This document shows positions 1-13,100 of a DNA stretch of 64,000 nt, piece after piece. This DNA is from an uncultured Actinomycetota bacterium. Its GTDB lineage: Bacteria > Actinomycetota > Actinomycetes > CAVWCF01. The notes below the pieces were generated by a model, which saw only the letters and a program-made list of their open reading frames with translations, had not been told where the DNA came from and searched no databases. The stretch is taken from positions 24,965-88,964 of the forward strand of contig CAVOOM010000008.1 of the NCBI GenBank assembly GCA_963697565.1. Direction: 5' to 3'. Within the stretch, counting starts at the first letter, position 1. Each line of letters begins with the position of its first letter. The translations under genes and the position numbers were made by a program.

Positions 1-713
1 GCGGCGCGGGCGGCGCGCCTGCTGGCGGCGGAGGCCGGGGTCGCGGCCGATGTCGCCCTGCACCTGCGCAAAGGCATCCCGGTGGCGGGCGGGATGGCCG
101 GCGGCAGCGCGGACGCGGCCGGCGCCCTGCTGGCGTGCGCCGCCCTCTGGGGGCTGCGCTCGGACCGCTCCGATCTGCTGGCCCTGGCCGGCCGCTTGGG
201 GGCGGACGTGCCCTTCGCCCTGATGGGCGGCACGGCGGTGGGGGTGGGGCGCGGCGACCGGCTGACCCCGGCGCTCGCCCGGGGCGGCTTCCACTGGGTC
301 TTCGCGCTGGCCGACGGCGGGCTGTCGACCCCCGCGGTGTTCGGCGAGCTCGACCGGCTGCGCGCCGAGCAGGTGCTGCCGGAGCCGCGGGTGGCCGACG
401 CGCTCATGCAGGCGCTGCGCGCGGGCGACGCGGTCGCCCTCGGCCGGGCGCTGTCCAACGACCTGCAGCGCGCCGCGCTGGCGTTGAAGCCCCGGCTGGC
501 GATGACGCTGGAGCTCGGCGCCGAATGCGGGGCCCTCGGCGCGCTGGTCTCGGGCTCCGGGCCGACCTGCGCCTTCCTCGCGCGCGACGAGGAGCACTCC
601 CTCGATCTCGCGGTCGCGCTGACCGCCGGAGGCGTGTGCCGCACGGTCAAGCGCGCCCAGGGCCCCGTCCATGGCGCCCGACTCGTGACGGGTGACGGCG
701 CGGGGGACCGCGC

Positions 714-717
<4 letters not shown>
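1..717 (+). CDS. ispE: 4-diphosphocytidyl-2-C-methyl-D-erythritol kinase, 3' part (5' end lies outside the window)
   Basis: Frame open from nt 1. GHMP-kinase motif KGIPVAGGMAGGSADAAGALLA, then GADVPFALMGGTAVGVGRGDRL. TGA 715-717 overlaps the next start (GTGA). Confidence 0.85.
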
Positions 718-2474
<1,757 letters not shown>

Positions 2475-2503
2475 GCAGCGCCGCTCATCGTCAAGCGGTT
2501 CGG

Positions 2504-3055
2504 CTACTCGGCGGCCTCGGCCGCGTCGAACGGCCCGGTCAGCTCCCGGAGCAGGGCGGCCAACCGCCTCTGGTCGGCCGGCTCCAGCGCGGCGAGGATC
2601 GCGTGCTCGTGCCGCAGCAGGTCGGTCAGGGCCGCGTCCACGGCGGCCAGCCCGGCTGGGGTGAGCCGGACCAGCACCCCGCGCCGGTCGTCGGGGTCGG
2701 GCCGCCGCTCGACCAGGCCGTCGGAGGCCAGCCGGTCGACCCGGTTGGTCATCGTCCCGGAGGTCACCAGCGTGCTGGTGAGCAGCTGGCCGGGGGAGAG
2801 CTCGTACGGGGCGCCGGCCCGGCGCAGCGCGGCCAGCACGTCGAAGGCCCACCCCTCCAGGTCGTGCGCCTCGAAGGCGGCCCGGCGGGCGCGGTCGAGG
2901 TGGCGGGCCAATCGGGTCACCCGGGAGAGCACCTCAAGCGGGCTGACGTCCAGGTCGGGGCGCTCGCGTCGCCAGGCCTCGACCAGGCGGTCGACCTCGT
3001 CGGCCTCCGCCTGGGGGTGCGCAGCCGGGGGATAGGACTCGCGAGCCTCCGCCAC
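2504..3055 (-). CDS. MarR family transcriptional regulator
   Basis: Intact 183-aa ORF. Winged-HTH core LSPGQLLTSTLVTSGTMTNRVDRLASDGLVERRPDPDDRRGVLVRLTPAG. Divergent from the peptide ABC operon. Confidence 0.85.
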   Translation of the reverse strand: MAEARESYPPAAHPQAEADEVDRLVEAWRRERPDLDVSPLEVLSRVTRLARHLDRARRAAFEAHDLEGWAFDVLAALRRAGAPYELSPGQLLTSTLVTSGTMTNRVDRLASDGLVERRPDPDDRRGVLVRLTPAGLAAVDAALTDLLRHEHAILAALEPADQRRLAALLRELTGPFDAAEAAE

Positions 3056-3070
3056 GTGGTCAGCATAGTC

Positions 3071-3084
3071 TCTTGACGTCGAGA
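3071..3084. promoter_or_regulatory. Candidate MarR operator: 14-bp near-palindrome TCTTGAC|GTCGAGA overlapping a TTGACG -35-like hexamer
   Basis: Read directly; the arms differ at one position. Lies about 15 nt upstream of the MarR GTG (3055) in an unusually AT-rich patch, catagtctcttgacgtcgagataaacc. Confidence 0.35.
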
Positions 3085-3255
3085 TAAACCGGTCCGACGG
3101 GCCGCCGACCCGGGTGGCCCGCGTCCCCCGTTACCGAATCGGGACCAGGAATCCGCGGCCTCCCGGACCGCTCCCGCGGGTAGCGGCCTACGGTGCCAGC
3201 AACGGCCGATCGCGGCCGCGCACTCGTAACCGAGGGAGACGACGTGGAACGACGG

Positions 3256-4908
3256 ATGGCTCGCCGGGGCCTGGTGGCCCTGGGCATGGCAGGGGCACTC
3301 GCCCTGTCGCTGGCGGCCTGCGGCGGCGACAGTGGCAGCGACGACTCCGGTGGGGGCGACACTCTTGGTGTTCGGCTCCTCCGCCGACCCGGTCATCCTG
3401 GATGGCGCCTACGTCAGCGACGGCGAGTCGCTGCGCGCGATCCGGCAGATCTTCGAGGGGCTGGTCGACACGGCCCCCGGCTCCACCGACATCGTGCCGA
3501 AGCTCGCCGAGTCCTACGACGCCAGCGACGACGGCAAGGTGTGGACCTTCAAGCTCCGCGAGGGCGTGAAGTTCCAGGACGGCACCGACTTCAACGCCGA
3601 CGGCGGTCTGCGCCAACTTCGAGCGCTGGTACAACTTCACCGGCCTCCAGCAGGCCGACACGGTCTCGTACTACTACCTGACCGTCTTCGGCGGCTTCAA
3701 GAACAACGAGTCCGACTCCCTCGGCGAGAGCCTCTACTCCTCCTGCAAGGCCGTCGACGACGCCACCGCCGAGGTCACCTTGACCCGGGCCTCCTCGACG
3801 TTCCTCAGCGCGCTGTCGCTGCCGTCGTTCGCGATGGCCAGCCCGGAGGCGCTTGAGAAGTACGGCGCGAACGACGTGGGCGGCACCGCCGACTCGCCGA
3901 CCTTCACCGGCACCTTCGGCACCGAGAACCCGATCGGCACCGGCCCGTACAAGCTCGACGAGTGGATCAAGGGCGACAAGCTCGTCTTGGTCCGCAACGA
4001 CGACTACTGGGGCGAGAAGGCGCAGATCGAGACCGTCATCCTCAAGCCGATCGCCGACGGCCCGGCCCGCCGCCAGGCCCTCGAGGCCGGCGACATCGAC
4101 GGCTACGACCTCGTCGACCCGTCCGACATCGACGCCCTGAAGGAGGCCGGCTACCAGCTGCTGAACCGCCCGGCCTTCAACGTCGCCTACGTCGGGCTTC
4201 AACCAGGCGATCAAGCCGCTGGAGGACGTCCGCGTCCGCCAGGCACATCGCCCATGCGATCAACCGCGAGAACGTCATCACGACGAAGTACCCCGAGGGC
4301 TCGAACGTGGCCACGCAGTTCCAGCCGCCGGAGGTCTTCGGCTACGCCGACGACGTCACCGAGTACGCCTACGACCCGGAGAAGGCCAAGGAGCCTGCTG
4401 GCCGCAGCCGGGCAGAGCAACCTGACCCTGGAGTTCTGGTACCCGTCGGGCGTCAGCCGTCCGTACATGCCAGACCCCGCGGCGAACTTCCAGCTGATGA
4501 AGGCCGACCTCGAGGCCGTCGGCATCACGGTCGTGCCGAAGACGGCGCCGTGGAACCCCGACTACCTCGACGCCGTCGACGGCGGCTCGGCTGCCATCTA
4601 CCTGCTGGGCTGGACCGGCGACTTCGGTGACCCGGACAACTTCATCGGCACCTTCTTCCAGGCGCCGCTGAAGCAGTGGGGCTTCGACAACCCCGAGATC
4701 TTCGCGGCCCTGGACGCGGCGGAGGCCGAGCCCGACCAGGCCAAGCGCGAGACCCAGTACCAGGACATCAACCGGCAGATCATGGACTTCCTGCCGGGCG
4801 CTGCCCTACGCGCACACCGAGCCGACGCTGGCCTTCGAGGACAACGTCGAGGGCTTCGTGCCCAGCCCGGTCACCAACGAGGACTTCTCGACCGTCTCGT
4901 TCAGCTGA
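3256..4908 (+). CDS. Peptide/nickel ABC transporter substrate-binding lipoprotein (family 5, DppA/OppA-like); six frame breaks as assembled
   Basis: Lipobox [27 protein letters not shown] blocks [65 protein letters not shown] and [14 protein letters not shown] lie in successive frames. Breaks near 3365, 3600, 4197, 4245, 4395 and 4800; stop 4906-4908. Confidence 0.8.
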
Positions 4909-4932
4909 TCGAGAGGGCTCGCTGATTCCTCG

Positions 4933-5937
4933 ATGATCCGGTTCATCGCCCGGCGGCTGGTGCTGCTGGTCCCGATCCTGCTGGGACTGTCGCTCCTGCT
5001 CTTCATCTGGCTGCGCGCGCTCCCGGGAGGGCCTGCCGAGGCCCTCCTCGGGGAGCGCGCGACGCCGGAGTCGGTCGCCCGGATCGAGAAGCTCTACGGG
5101 CTCGACCGCCCGCTGCCGCAGCAGTACCTGTCCTTCCTGCAGCGGGCGGTCGTGCTCGACTTCGGCTCGTCGGTGCGCACCAACGAACCGGTGGTCGACG
5201 AGCTCAAGCGGCGTTTCCCCGCCACGATCGAGTTGGCGATCGGCGCGATGATCTTCGCCACCGGGCTGGGGATCCCGCTGGGCTACTACGCGGCCCGAAG
5301 ACACGGCACCTGGGTCGACAACACCAGCGTGGTCGGCTCGCTGCTGGGCATCGCGATCCCGGTGTTCTTCCTGGCGTTCCTGCTCAAGTACATCTTCGCG
5401 GTGCAATTGGGGTGGCTGCCGACCTCCGGCCGGCAGGATCCGCGCCTCGACACCGAGTACCCCACCGGCTTCTACGTCCTCGACGGGATACTCACCGGCA
5501 ACCTGCCGGCGGCCTGGGACGCGACCCAGCACCTGATCCTGCCCGCCATCGCGCTCGGCACGATCCCGCTGGCGATCATCGTCCGGATCACCCGCGCCTC
5601 GGTGCTCGATGTGGTCAACGAGGACTACGTGCGGACCGGCGAGGCCAAGGGCCTGCTCAAGCGCACCATCGACCGGCGCTACGTGCTGCGCAACGCGATG
5701 CTCCCGGTCACCACGATCATCGGCCTGCAATTGGGGCTGCTGCTCTCGGGCGCCGTGCTGACCGAGACGGTGTTCGCGTTCCCCGGAGTCGGCGGCTTCC
5801 TCTACTCGTCCATCTTCGTGCGCGACTACTCGGTGATCGTCGGGTTCACGCTCGTCATCGCGATCATCTTCTCGATCGTCAACCTGATCGTCGACATCGC
5901 CTACGGCTTCATCGACCCGCGGGTGCGTGTGCAATGA
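4933..5937 (+). CDS. ABC transporter permease (DppB/OppB-like)
   Basis: Intact 334-aa ORF with multiple hydrophobic helices. Permease loop YVRTGEAKGLLKRTIDRRYVLRNAMLP. Stop overlaps the next start (ATGA). Confidence 0.9.
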   Translation: MIRFIARRLVLLVPILLGLSLLLFIWLRALPGGPAEALLGERATPESVARIEKLYGLDRPLPQQYLSFLQRAVVLDFGSSVRTNEPVVDELKRRFPATIELAIGAMIFATGLGIPLGYYAARRHGTWVDNTSVVGSLLGIAIPVFFLAFLLKYIFAVQLGWLPTSGRQDPRLDTEYPTGFYVLDGILTGNLPAAWDATQHLILPAIALGTIPLAIIVRITRASVLDVVNEDYVRTGEAKGLLKRTIDRRYVLRNAMLPVTTIIGLQLGLLLSGAVLTETVFAFPGVGGFLYSSIFVRDYSVIVGFTLVIAIIFSIVNLIVDIAYGFIDPRVRVQ

Positions 5938-6911
5938 GCATGCCGAAGCCCAACCGCCGCGACAGCCCGGGCCGCGGCCAGCCCAGCGACCTCTACACGG
6001 TCGACAGCATGAAGACCGAGTTCGGCGACCTGGCGGTGCGCGAGACGACCGGCACCAGCCTGGGCCGCGACGCCTGGATCCGGCTGCGCCGCAACCCGGT
6101 TGCCATCATCGGCTTCGTCCTGGTCGTGCTCTTCCTGGTGGTCGCGATCTTCGCCCCGCTCATCGCCCCCTACGGGCCGTCGGACACCCCCGGCAAGGGC
6201 ATCGTCACCCCGACCAACATCCCGGGGCCTTCGGCCGACCACTGGTTCGGCCTCGACGACCTCGGCCGCGACGAGTTCAGCCGGGTCCTGTACGGGGCCC
6301 GCCAGTCGCTCATCGTCGGCGTCGTCTCGCTGCTCATCGGGATGACCGTCGGCGTGATCATGGGCGTGCTCGCGGGGTCCTTCGGCGGCTGGGTCGACGG
6401 CCTGGTCATGCGGATCACCGACATCATGCTGTCGGTCCCGGGCCTGCTGTTCGCGATCGCGGTGGCGGCCGTGCTCGGCCAGAGCCTGAGCTCGGTGATG
6501 ATCGCCATCGCCGTCGTGAACATCCCGGTCTTCGCGCGGCTGCTGCGTGGCTCGATGCTGGCCCAGCGCGACGCCGACTACGTCGTGGCGGCGCACTCGC
6601 TCGGCCTGCGCCGGCGCAACACGGTGGCGTCGCACATCCTGCCCAACTCGATCTCGCCGGTCATCGTGCAGAGCACCCTGGTCCTGGCCACCGCGATCAT
6701 CGACGCAGCGGGCCTGGCCTTCCTGGGCCTCGGCAGCGCCGACCCGGCGATCCCCGAGTGGGGCCGGATGCTGGCCGACACCCAGCGCTACCTGTCGGTC
6801 GCGCCGCACCTCGCGTTCTTCCCAGGTATCGCCATCGTCATCGCCGCGCTCGGCTTCACCCTGCTCGGCGAGTCGCTGCGCGAGGCCCTCGACCCGAAGT
6901 ACCGGCGGTAG
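5934..6911 (+). CDS. ABC transporter permease (DppC/OppC-like)
   Basis: ATG 5934 lies in the frame of ORF 5412..6911. N-terminal IAPYGPSDTP block and loop DYVVAAHSLGLRRRNTVASHILPN are typical of OppC-type permeases. Confidence 0.9.
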   Translation: MSMPKPNRRDSPGRGQPSDLYTVDSMKTEFGDLAVRETTGTSLGRDAWIRLRRNPVAIIGFVLVVLFLVVAIFAPLIAPYGPSDTPGKGIVTPTNIPGPSADHWFGLDDLGRDEFSRVLYGARQSLIVGVVSLLIGMTVGVIMGVLAGSFGGWVDGLVMRITDIMLSVPGLLFAIAVAAVLGQSLSSVMIAIAVVNIPVFARLLRGSMLAQRDADYVVAAHSLGLRRRNTVASHILPNSISPVIVQSTLVLATAIIDAAGLAFLGLGSADPAIPEWGRMLADTQRYLSVAPHLAFFPGIAIVIAALGFTLLGESLREALDPKYRR

Positions 6912-6913
6912 CC

Positions 6914-7911
<998 letters not shown>

Positions 7912-7915
<4 letters not shown>

Positions 7916-8948
7916 CCGATCACGTCCCCGCGCGAGGACGTGCTGCTCGAGGTCCGCGGGCTCGAGGTGCACTTCCCGATCCGCGACGGCATCCTCTTCG
8001 ACCGGCAGGTCGGGGCGGTCAAGGCCGTCGACGGGGTCGACCTCGACGTCGTGCGCGGGACGACCTTCGGCCTGGTGGGGGAGTCCGGCTGCGGCAAGAG
8101 CACGCTGGGCCGGGCCATCCTGCGCCTGGTCGAGCCGACTGCAGGCGTCGTCAAGCTCGACGGGGTCGACATCGCCTCGCTGAAGGGCGAGGCGCTGCGC
8201 TCGGCCCGCCAGCGGATGCAGATGGTCTTCCAGGACCCGATGTCCAGCCTCGACCCCCGCCAGAGCATCCAGTCGATCATCAGCGAGCCGCTGCGGGCCC
8301 ACGGGTTGGGCGGTGACAAGGCCGCCCTGCAGGCCCGGGTCCGCGAGCTGCTCGACATCGTGGGGCTGCCGACCAACGCCGGGTCGCGCTACCCGCACGA
8401 GTTCTCCGGCGGCCAGCGCCAGCGGATCGGGATCGCCCGGGCCATCGCGGTCAACCCCGAGCTGGTGATCGCCGACGAGCCGGTCTCCGCGCTGGACGTG
8501 TCGATCCAGGCCCAGGTGCTGAACCTGCTGGAGGAGCTGCAGGACCGAGTTGGGGCTCACCTACCTGGTGATCGCCCACGACCTGGCGGTGGTGCGGCAC
8601 ATCGCCGACAACGTCGGGGTGATGTACCTCGGCGTGCTCGTCGAGACGGCGTCCTCAGATGAGCTGTACGCGCGGCCGCTGCACCCGTACACGATCTCGC
8701 TGATGTCGGCGGTGCCGATCCCGGACCCGGTCATCGAGGACAGCCGCCAGCGCATCCTGCTCACCGGCGACCTGCCGTCGCCCGCCAACCCGCCCGCGGG
8801 GTGCCGGTTCCACACCCGGTGCCCGTTCCGGCAGGAGACCCGCTGCGACGACGAGCGGCCGGCGCTGCGCGAGATCCTGCCGGGCCACCACGTGGCCTGC
8901 CACTACGCCGAGGACGTGCTGGCCGGGCGGATCGGTCCGGGCCAGTAG
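7912..8948 (+). CDS. ABC transporter ATP-binding protein (DppF/OppF-like); two frame breaks as assembled
   Basis: ATG 7912 overlaps the upstream TGA (ATGA). Walker [10 protein letters not shown]; signature [14 protein letters not shown]; Walker [12 protein letters not shown]; then [13 protein letters not shown] and HPYT. Breaks near 7931 and 8545. Confidence 0.85.
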
Positions 8949-8966
8949 CCCGGACGGCGTCAGCAG

Positions 8967-10178
8967 TCAGCGGCGGGCTACGAGGTCGCGCGTGGCGACC
9001 CAGGCACGCCAGCCGTTCTCGCAGACGATGTGCGCCCAGCCGCCCCAGACCCGGTCGACGACGACGGGGAGAGCGGGATCCAGCGGCGCGACGGGCGCCT
9101 GGGCCGGATCGGGGGCCTCGTACGCCCAGCCGCCCTCGGCGCGCACATCATGCGTGGGCTGCCAGGTGGTGGTCTGGATGGGGGCGGCTGCCGGCGCCGC
9201 ATCGCCACCGGCCTCTCGCCCGGCTTCCAGCAGCCTCAGCTCGTCCTGGGTGAGGCACATCCCGAAGACCAGCCAGCGCAGGGTGGCCCGGTCGACCTCG
9301 GCCCACTCGAACGCCACGGGCGCCCCGGCGGGGGACACCACCCGGAACAGCAGGATCCGCTCGCCGACCCGGGTCGCCGTCATCGCCGTGTGCGCCGGCC
9401 GGCCGTCGGTGAACTCCGTCCGGCCGATGCCGACGACGGCCGTCGGGTCACCCGCCAAGGCCTCGCGGACGGCAGCCGACGGCGCCAGGCCGTCCGGCCC
9501 GCTGGTCGAGGTGGCCGCCGTCCACCAGCGTCGCGAGCGCCGCGTCGACCGCGGCGGGTCGTGGAGCGCATCGGTGTGCTCCGGCCCGGCGGCGATCGCG
9601 AACGGCAGGACGTAGCCGCGGATCCCCAGGTCGCGGGCGACGGCGGCGCGGACCCGATGCGGCGGTGAGGGGAACCGGGTCCTCACGCAGCGCGCGCAGC
9701 GCCGCGGCGAGCACGAATGCCTCGCCGGCGCCCCCGCGGAACCGGAATCCGGTGGGCGGCGGCTCGGGCCGGTCTCCGGACAGCGCCCCGACCAGCGTCA
9801 CGATCACCGCGGTGCGCGTCAGCGGGAAGGCCAACTTCGTCGTGCCGTCCGCGGCCACCGTGCACTCGGCCACGATCGGCCCGCGCCGCACGATCGAGAA
9901 GCCGGGGATCGCCGGGTCGCTCACGCCGACGTCGATCACCTCGTCTGGCCGGACGCAGGCGGCCAGGACGCCGCGGATGGCGAGGTTGACGCGCCAGGCG
10001 TCCCCGTCCGGGACCACCAGCCCCCGCGCGGGAGCGCATCCCAGCCCGGCTCTCCGGGCGCGAGCGGTCGGGGGAACTGCCGGACGACGCGCAACGGGGT
10101 CCCGGGCGCGGGGTCGGGGAGGCCGCCGAGCGCGAGCAGGGTGGCCACCTGCCAGTCGGAGAGCACGAAGGTCTGCAC
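8967..10178 (-). CDS. Hypothetical cytoplasmic protein: tentative EspG-like N-terminal region fused to a C-terminal SH3b-like domain; four frame breaks as assembled
   Basis: GTG 10178 lies 8 nt after the upstream stop, with GAGGGA between. Protein-like sequence alternates between two frames, with breaks near 10040, 9665, 9575 and 9500. The last 65 aa read WQPTHDVRAEGGWAYEAPDP...VWGGWAHIVCENGWRAWV. Confidence 0.5.
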
Positions 10179-10186
10179 GGGGTCCC

Positions 10187-13100
10187 TCACAGCGCGCCTC
10201 GGATCCAGGAGGCGGCGGCTCCGGCCGAGTGGTAAACGGCCTCCGCGGACTCGGACGCGAGCGCGGCGGCGCCCTCGGCCATCTCGGTGGCGAACCCGGA
10301 CACGCCGCTCTCGCCGATGCCGCTCGCGATCTCCGCGACGCCCTGCGCCACGGTGCCGATGAGCGGGGTACGCGTGATGGCGCTGACACTGGTGTCGACC
10401 GCCTCGGACCAGTAGTCGTCCCCGACCCCGTTGTCCCAGATCGACTGGCAGTCGTTGGCCACGTCGTTCATCCACTTGCTTGGGTCCACGATGACCTCCG
10501 CGGCGATGTTGGTGAGGTAGGCGATGCCCTCCAGCGGGGCGCCGTGCTCACCCCCCTCGACGGATGCGACGAAGGCATCGAGGCGCTCGTTGATCACCGC
10601 GGTGCCGGCCCCGGAGCTGCGGATCTGGTCCAGGTCCGACCACAGGCTGCCGCCGTCCGTGCGAGCCATCTCCTCACCCAACGCCTCACCGACCATCGCG
10701 TACCCCTTGAACGGATCGGTGCCCTCCCGGTTGGCGACGCTCTCGGCAAAGCGGTCGATCGCCTGGGTGTCCAGGCGGCCGGCGGCGAGGCTGTCGTGCA
10801 CCGCCAGCGCCGACGCCCGCGCCGCCTCGTAGCCGGTGCCTGCGAAGTTCTCCACGACCGCGTCCGGGAGGATCCCCCGCAGCTCGGTGGGGAGTAGCGC
10901 CTGCCCCACCAACGACGACCGCGGGTCGGCGACCCCCGACGCCATCGCCGCGTTGCCGGCCATCGTTTGGGCGGTCGCCACCACCGCCGCCTCGGTCGGG
11001 TCCAGGCCACGGCCGATGTTCTCCTCGGTGTGCTGGATGACCGTCCCGAGGTCGGAGACCGCCCCCAGCGTGCCCAGCCCCCGGGGGCCCACGATCGGTT
11101 CGCGCCACTTGGTGGCGGCCTCGAGGTTCGACGTCGCGATCAGGTTCGCCTTGTCGAGGGTGAGCCCCGGGATCTCGGGAACCGCTGCGCGCAGCTGCTG
11201 GTCGATCTGGCCCGGGGGGATCTCGCCGCGACCCGCGCGGTCGAGGACGTTGGTGAGTCGCTCGAGCCGGTCGAGCTTGGCCGGGTCGACGTTGGCGTCG
11301 GTGCGCAGTTGGGGCAGCAGCTTGGAGTTCAGGTCCTTCGCCGTGCCGCGGGCGATCTCCTGGTCAGCGGTCGCCTGCGTGATCACGCCGGTGTCGACGA
11401 GGTGCTGCAGGTGCTCGGCCTTGAAGCGGGTGACATCGGCGGTTTGCGCCGCCCACTGGGGGTCGAAGGGCGTCTTCGCCGGGTCGTTGGCCAGGACCGC
11501 GAGATCGCGGTACGCCTCCGGGTTCGTCGCCTGCGTCACACCCTGGAATGCCCGCTCGGCGTCCCCGCCGGTGACGGTCCGGTACGACCCCTCGTACACC
11601 ACCGATGCCAGGTCGTTCCACCTGCTCGGGGCCAGCGTCACGACCGTGCGCCCGGCGTCGAGGTCGGCCTGCACGCGGTCCAGCTGGCCCTGGATCCTGG
11701 CCGCCTCGGGTGAGCCCGCGGCCGCCTCCAGCTGCGCGCGCAGGGTCTGCGCCGCCTGGTTCAGATCGATGGTCATCCGGCCCTGCGCCTGCGCGGCCCG
11801 CAACTGCTCGGCCACCTCGATCGCCTCGGGCGAGCCCGGCTCCAGCCGAGCCAGCCGGTCGGCGAGCGCACGCACGCGGCTCTCGTTGAGCCCGACGTCT
11901 CGGTCCATACCCGAGGTGCCCCGGCTGCTCGCGTTGCGGAAGTCGAGGACGTCGCCCTCGGGTCCGCCGGTCCGCGTTTGATCGACGGTGAGCTCCCGCC
12001 CGCCCCGGCGGATCCCCATCTCGTTGAGCTTGTCGACGAAGTCGCCGTCGACGCGGTCGTACTCAGCGCGCAGCGCCGCGTCGTAGGCCGCCGCCGTCGG
12101 GCTGCGGCCCTCGGCCTTCAGGATCGACTTGGATTGGAAGTTCTCGTTGATCGCGATCGTCGTCGCCCGAAGCTGGGCCTCGAGGGTGGCGCGCGTGGCG
12201 TCGTCCAGCTCTCCGGCGAGGCGCGTCTGCAGGTCCTTGAACGTGTCGACCAGCCGCTGGCCCTGCACGCGTTCCTTGGTCCAGGCGAGATCCTTCTCCA
12301 GACGCGCCTCGGCCTCTGCCTGGGGCATCCACTCGCCGCCGTACTTCACGTTCCCCTTCCCGTCGGTGGGCAGCGAATCGATCCGCGGGTCGGTGATCGG
12401 CAGCAGCTTGGACGTGTCGACGGGGGTCCGCACCGGGTCGCCGGGGCTCCAGTAGTCGCGCTGCTCCTGCCCACCGCCCTCGCCTGCGGGGGTGGTCGCC
12501 GCGCCGGGCAGCGGCGGGACACCCAGGCCCTGCTCCAGCCGCCATCGGACGTACTGCTCGAACCCGTCCGGGTCCAGCGGGACCTCCGGGTGGGCCGCCT
12601 GGAAGTCGGCGTAGGCCGGGTCGTCCAGCAGCGCGTCGACCCAGTCGGCAAGCGCGGCGTCGCCGTCATCGGGGGATCCGGATGCGGCCAGCTGACCGAC
12701 CACCTGGCCGGCGAACGAGCCCGCGACGCCGCCGGCCGCGGCGGCGATGCCGCCGACCACAGCGGCCTGCTTGACGGTCTCCGAGCCGGCGCACGCGCTC
12801 CACCACTGCGACCAGGACTGGCCGCACTCGAAGTAGCCGCCGTCGTCGGCCCAGGCGGCCGTGGCCGAGAAGAGCGAATCCCACGCGCCAGCGGTTGCGG
12901 CGAGGGCGAGCAGGATCAGGGCCGCGGTCGGCGGGGGCGTGCGGGTGCGCGCGCTGAGCAGGAAGGCGGCGGCGGCCAGGCCGAGTGTGAGGGCGACCTT
13001 CAGCGCGGTGTCAGTCACGACGAAGGCGGCCGTGAGCGCGAACGCGGTGCCGAGGATGCCGACCGCGGTCGAGAGCATCCCGCTCTCCGGCGGCAGTGCC

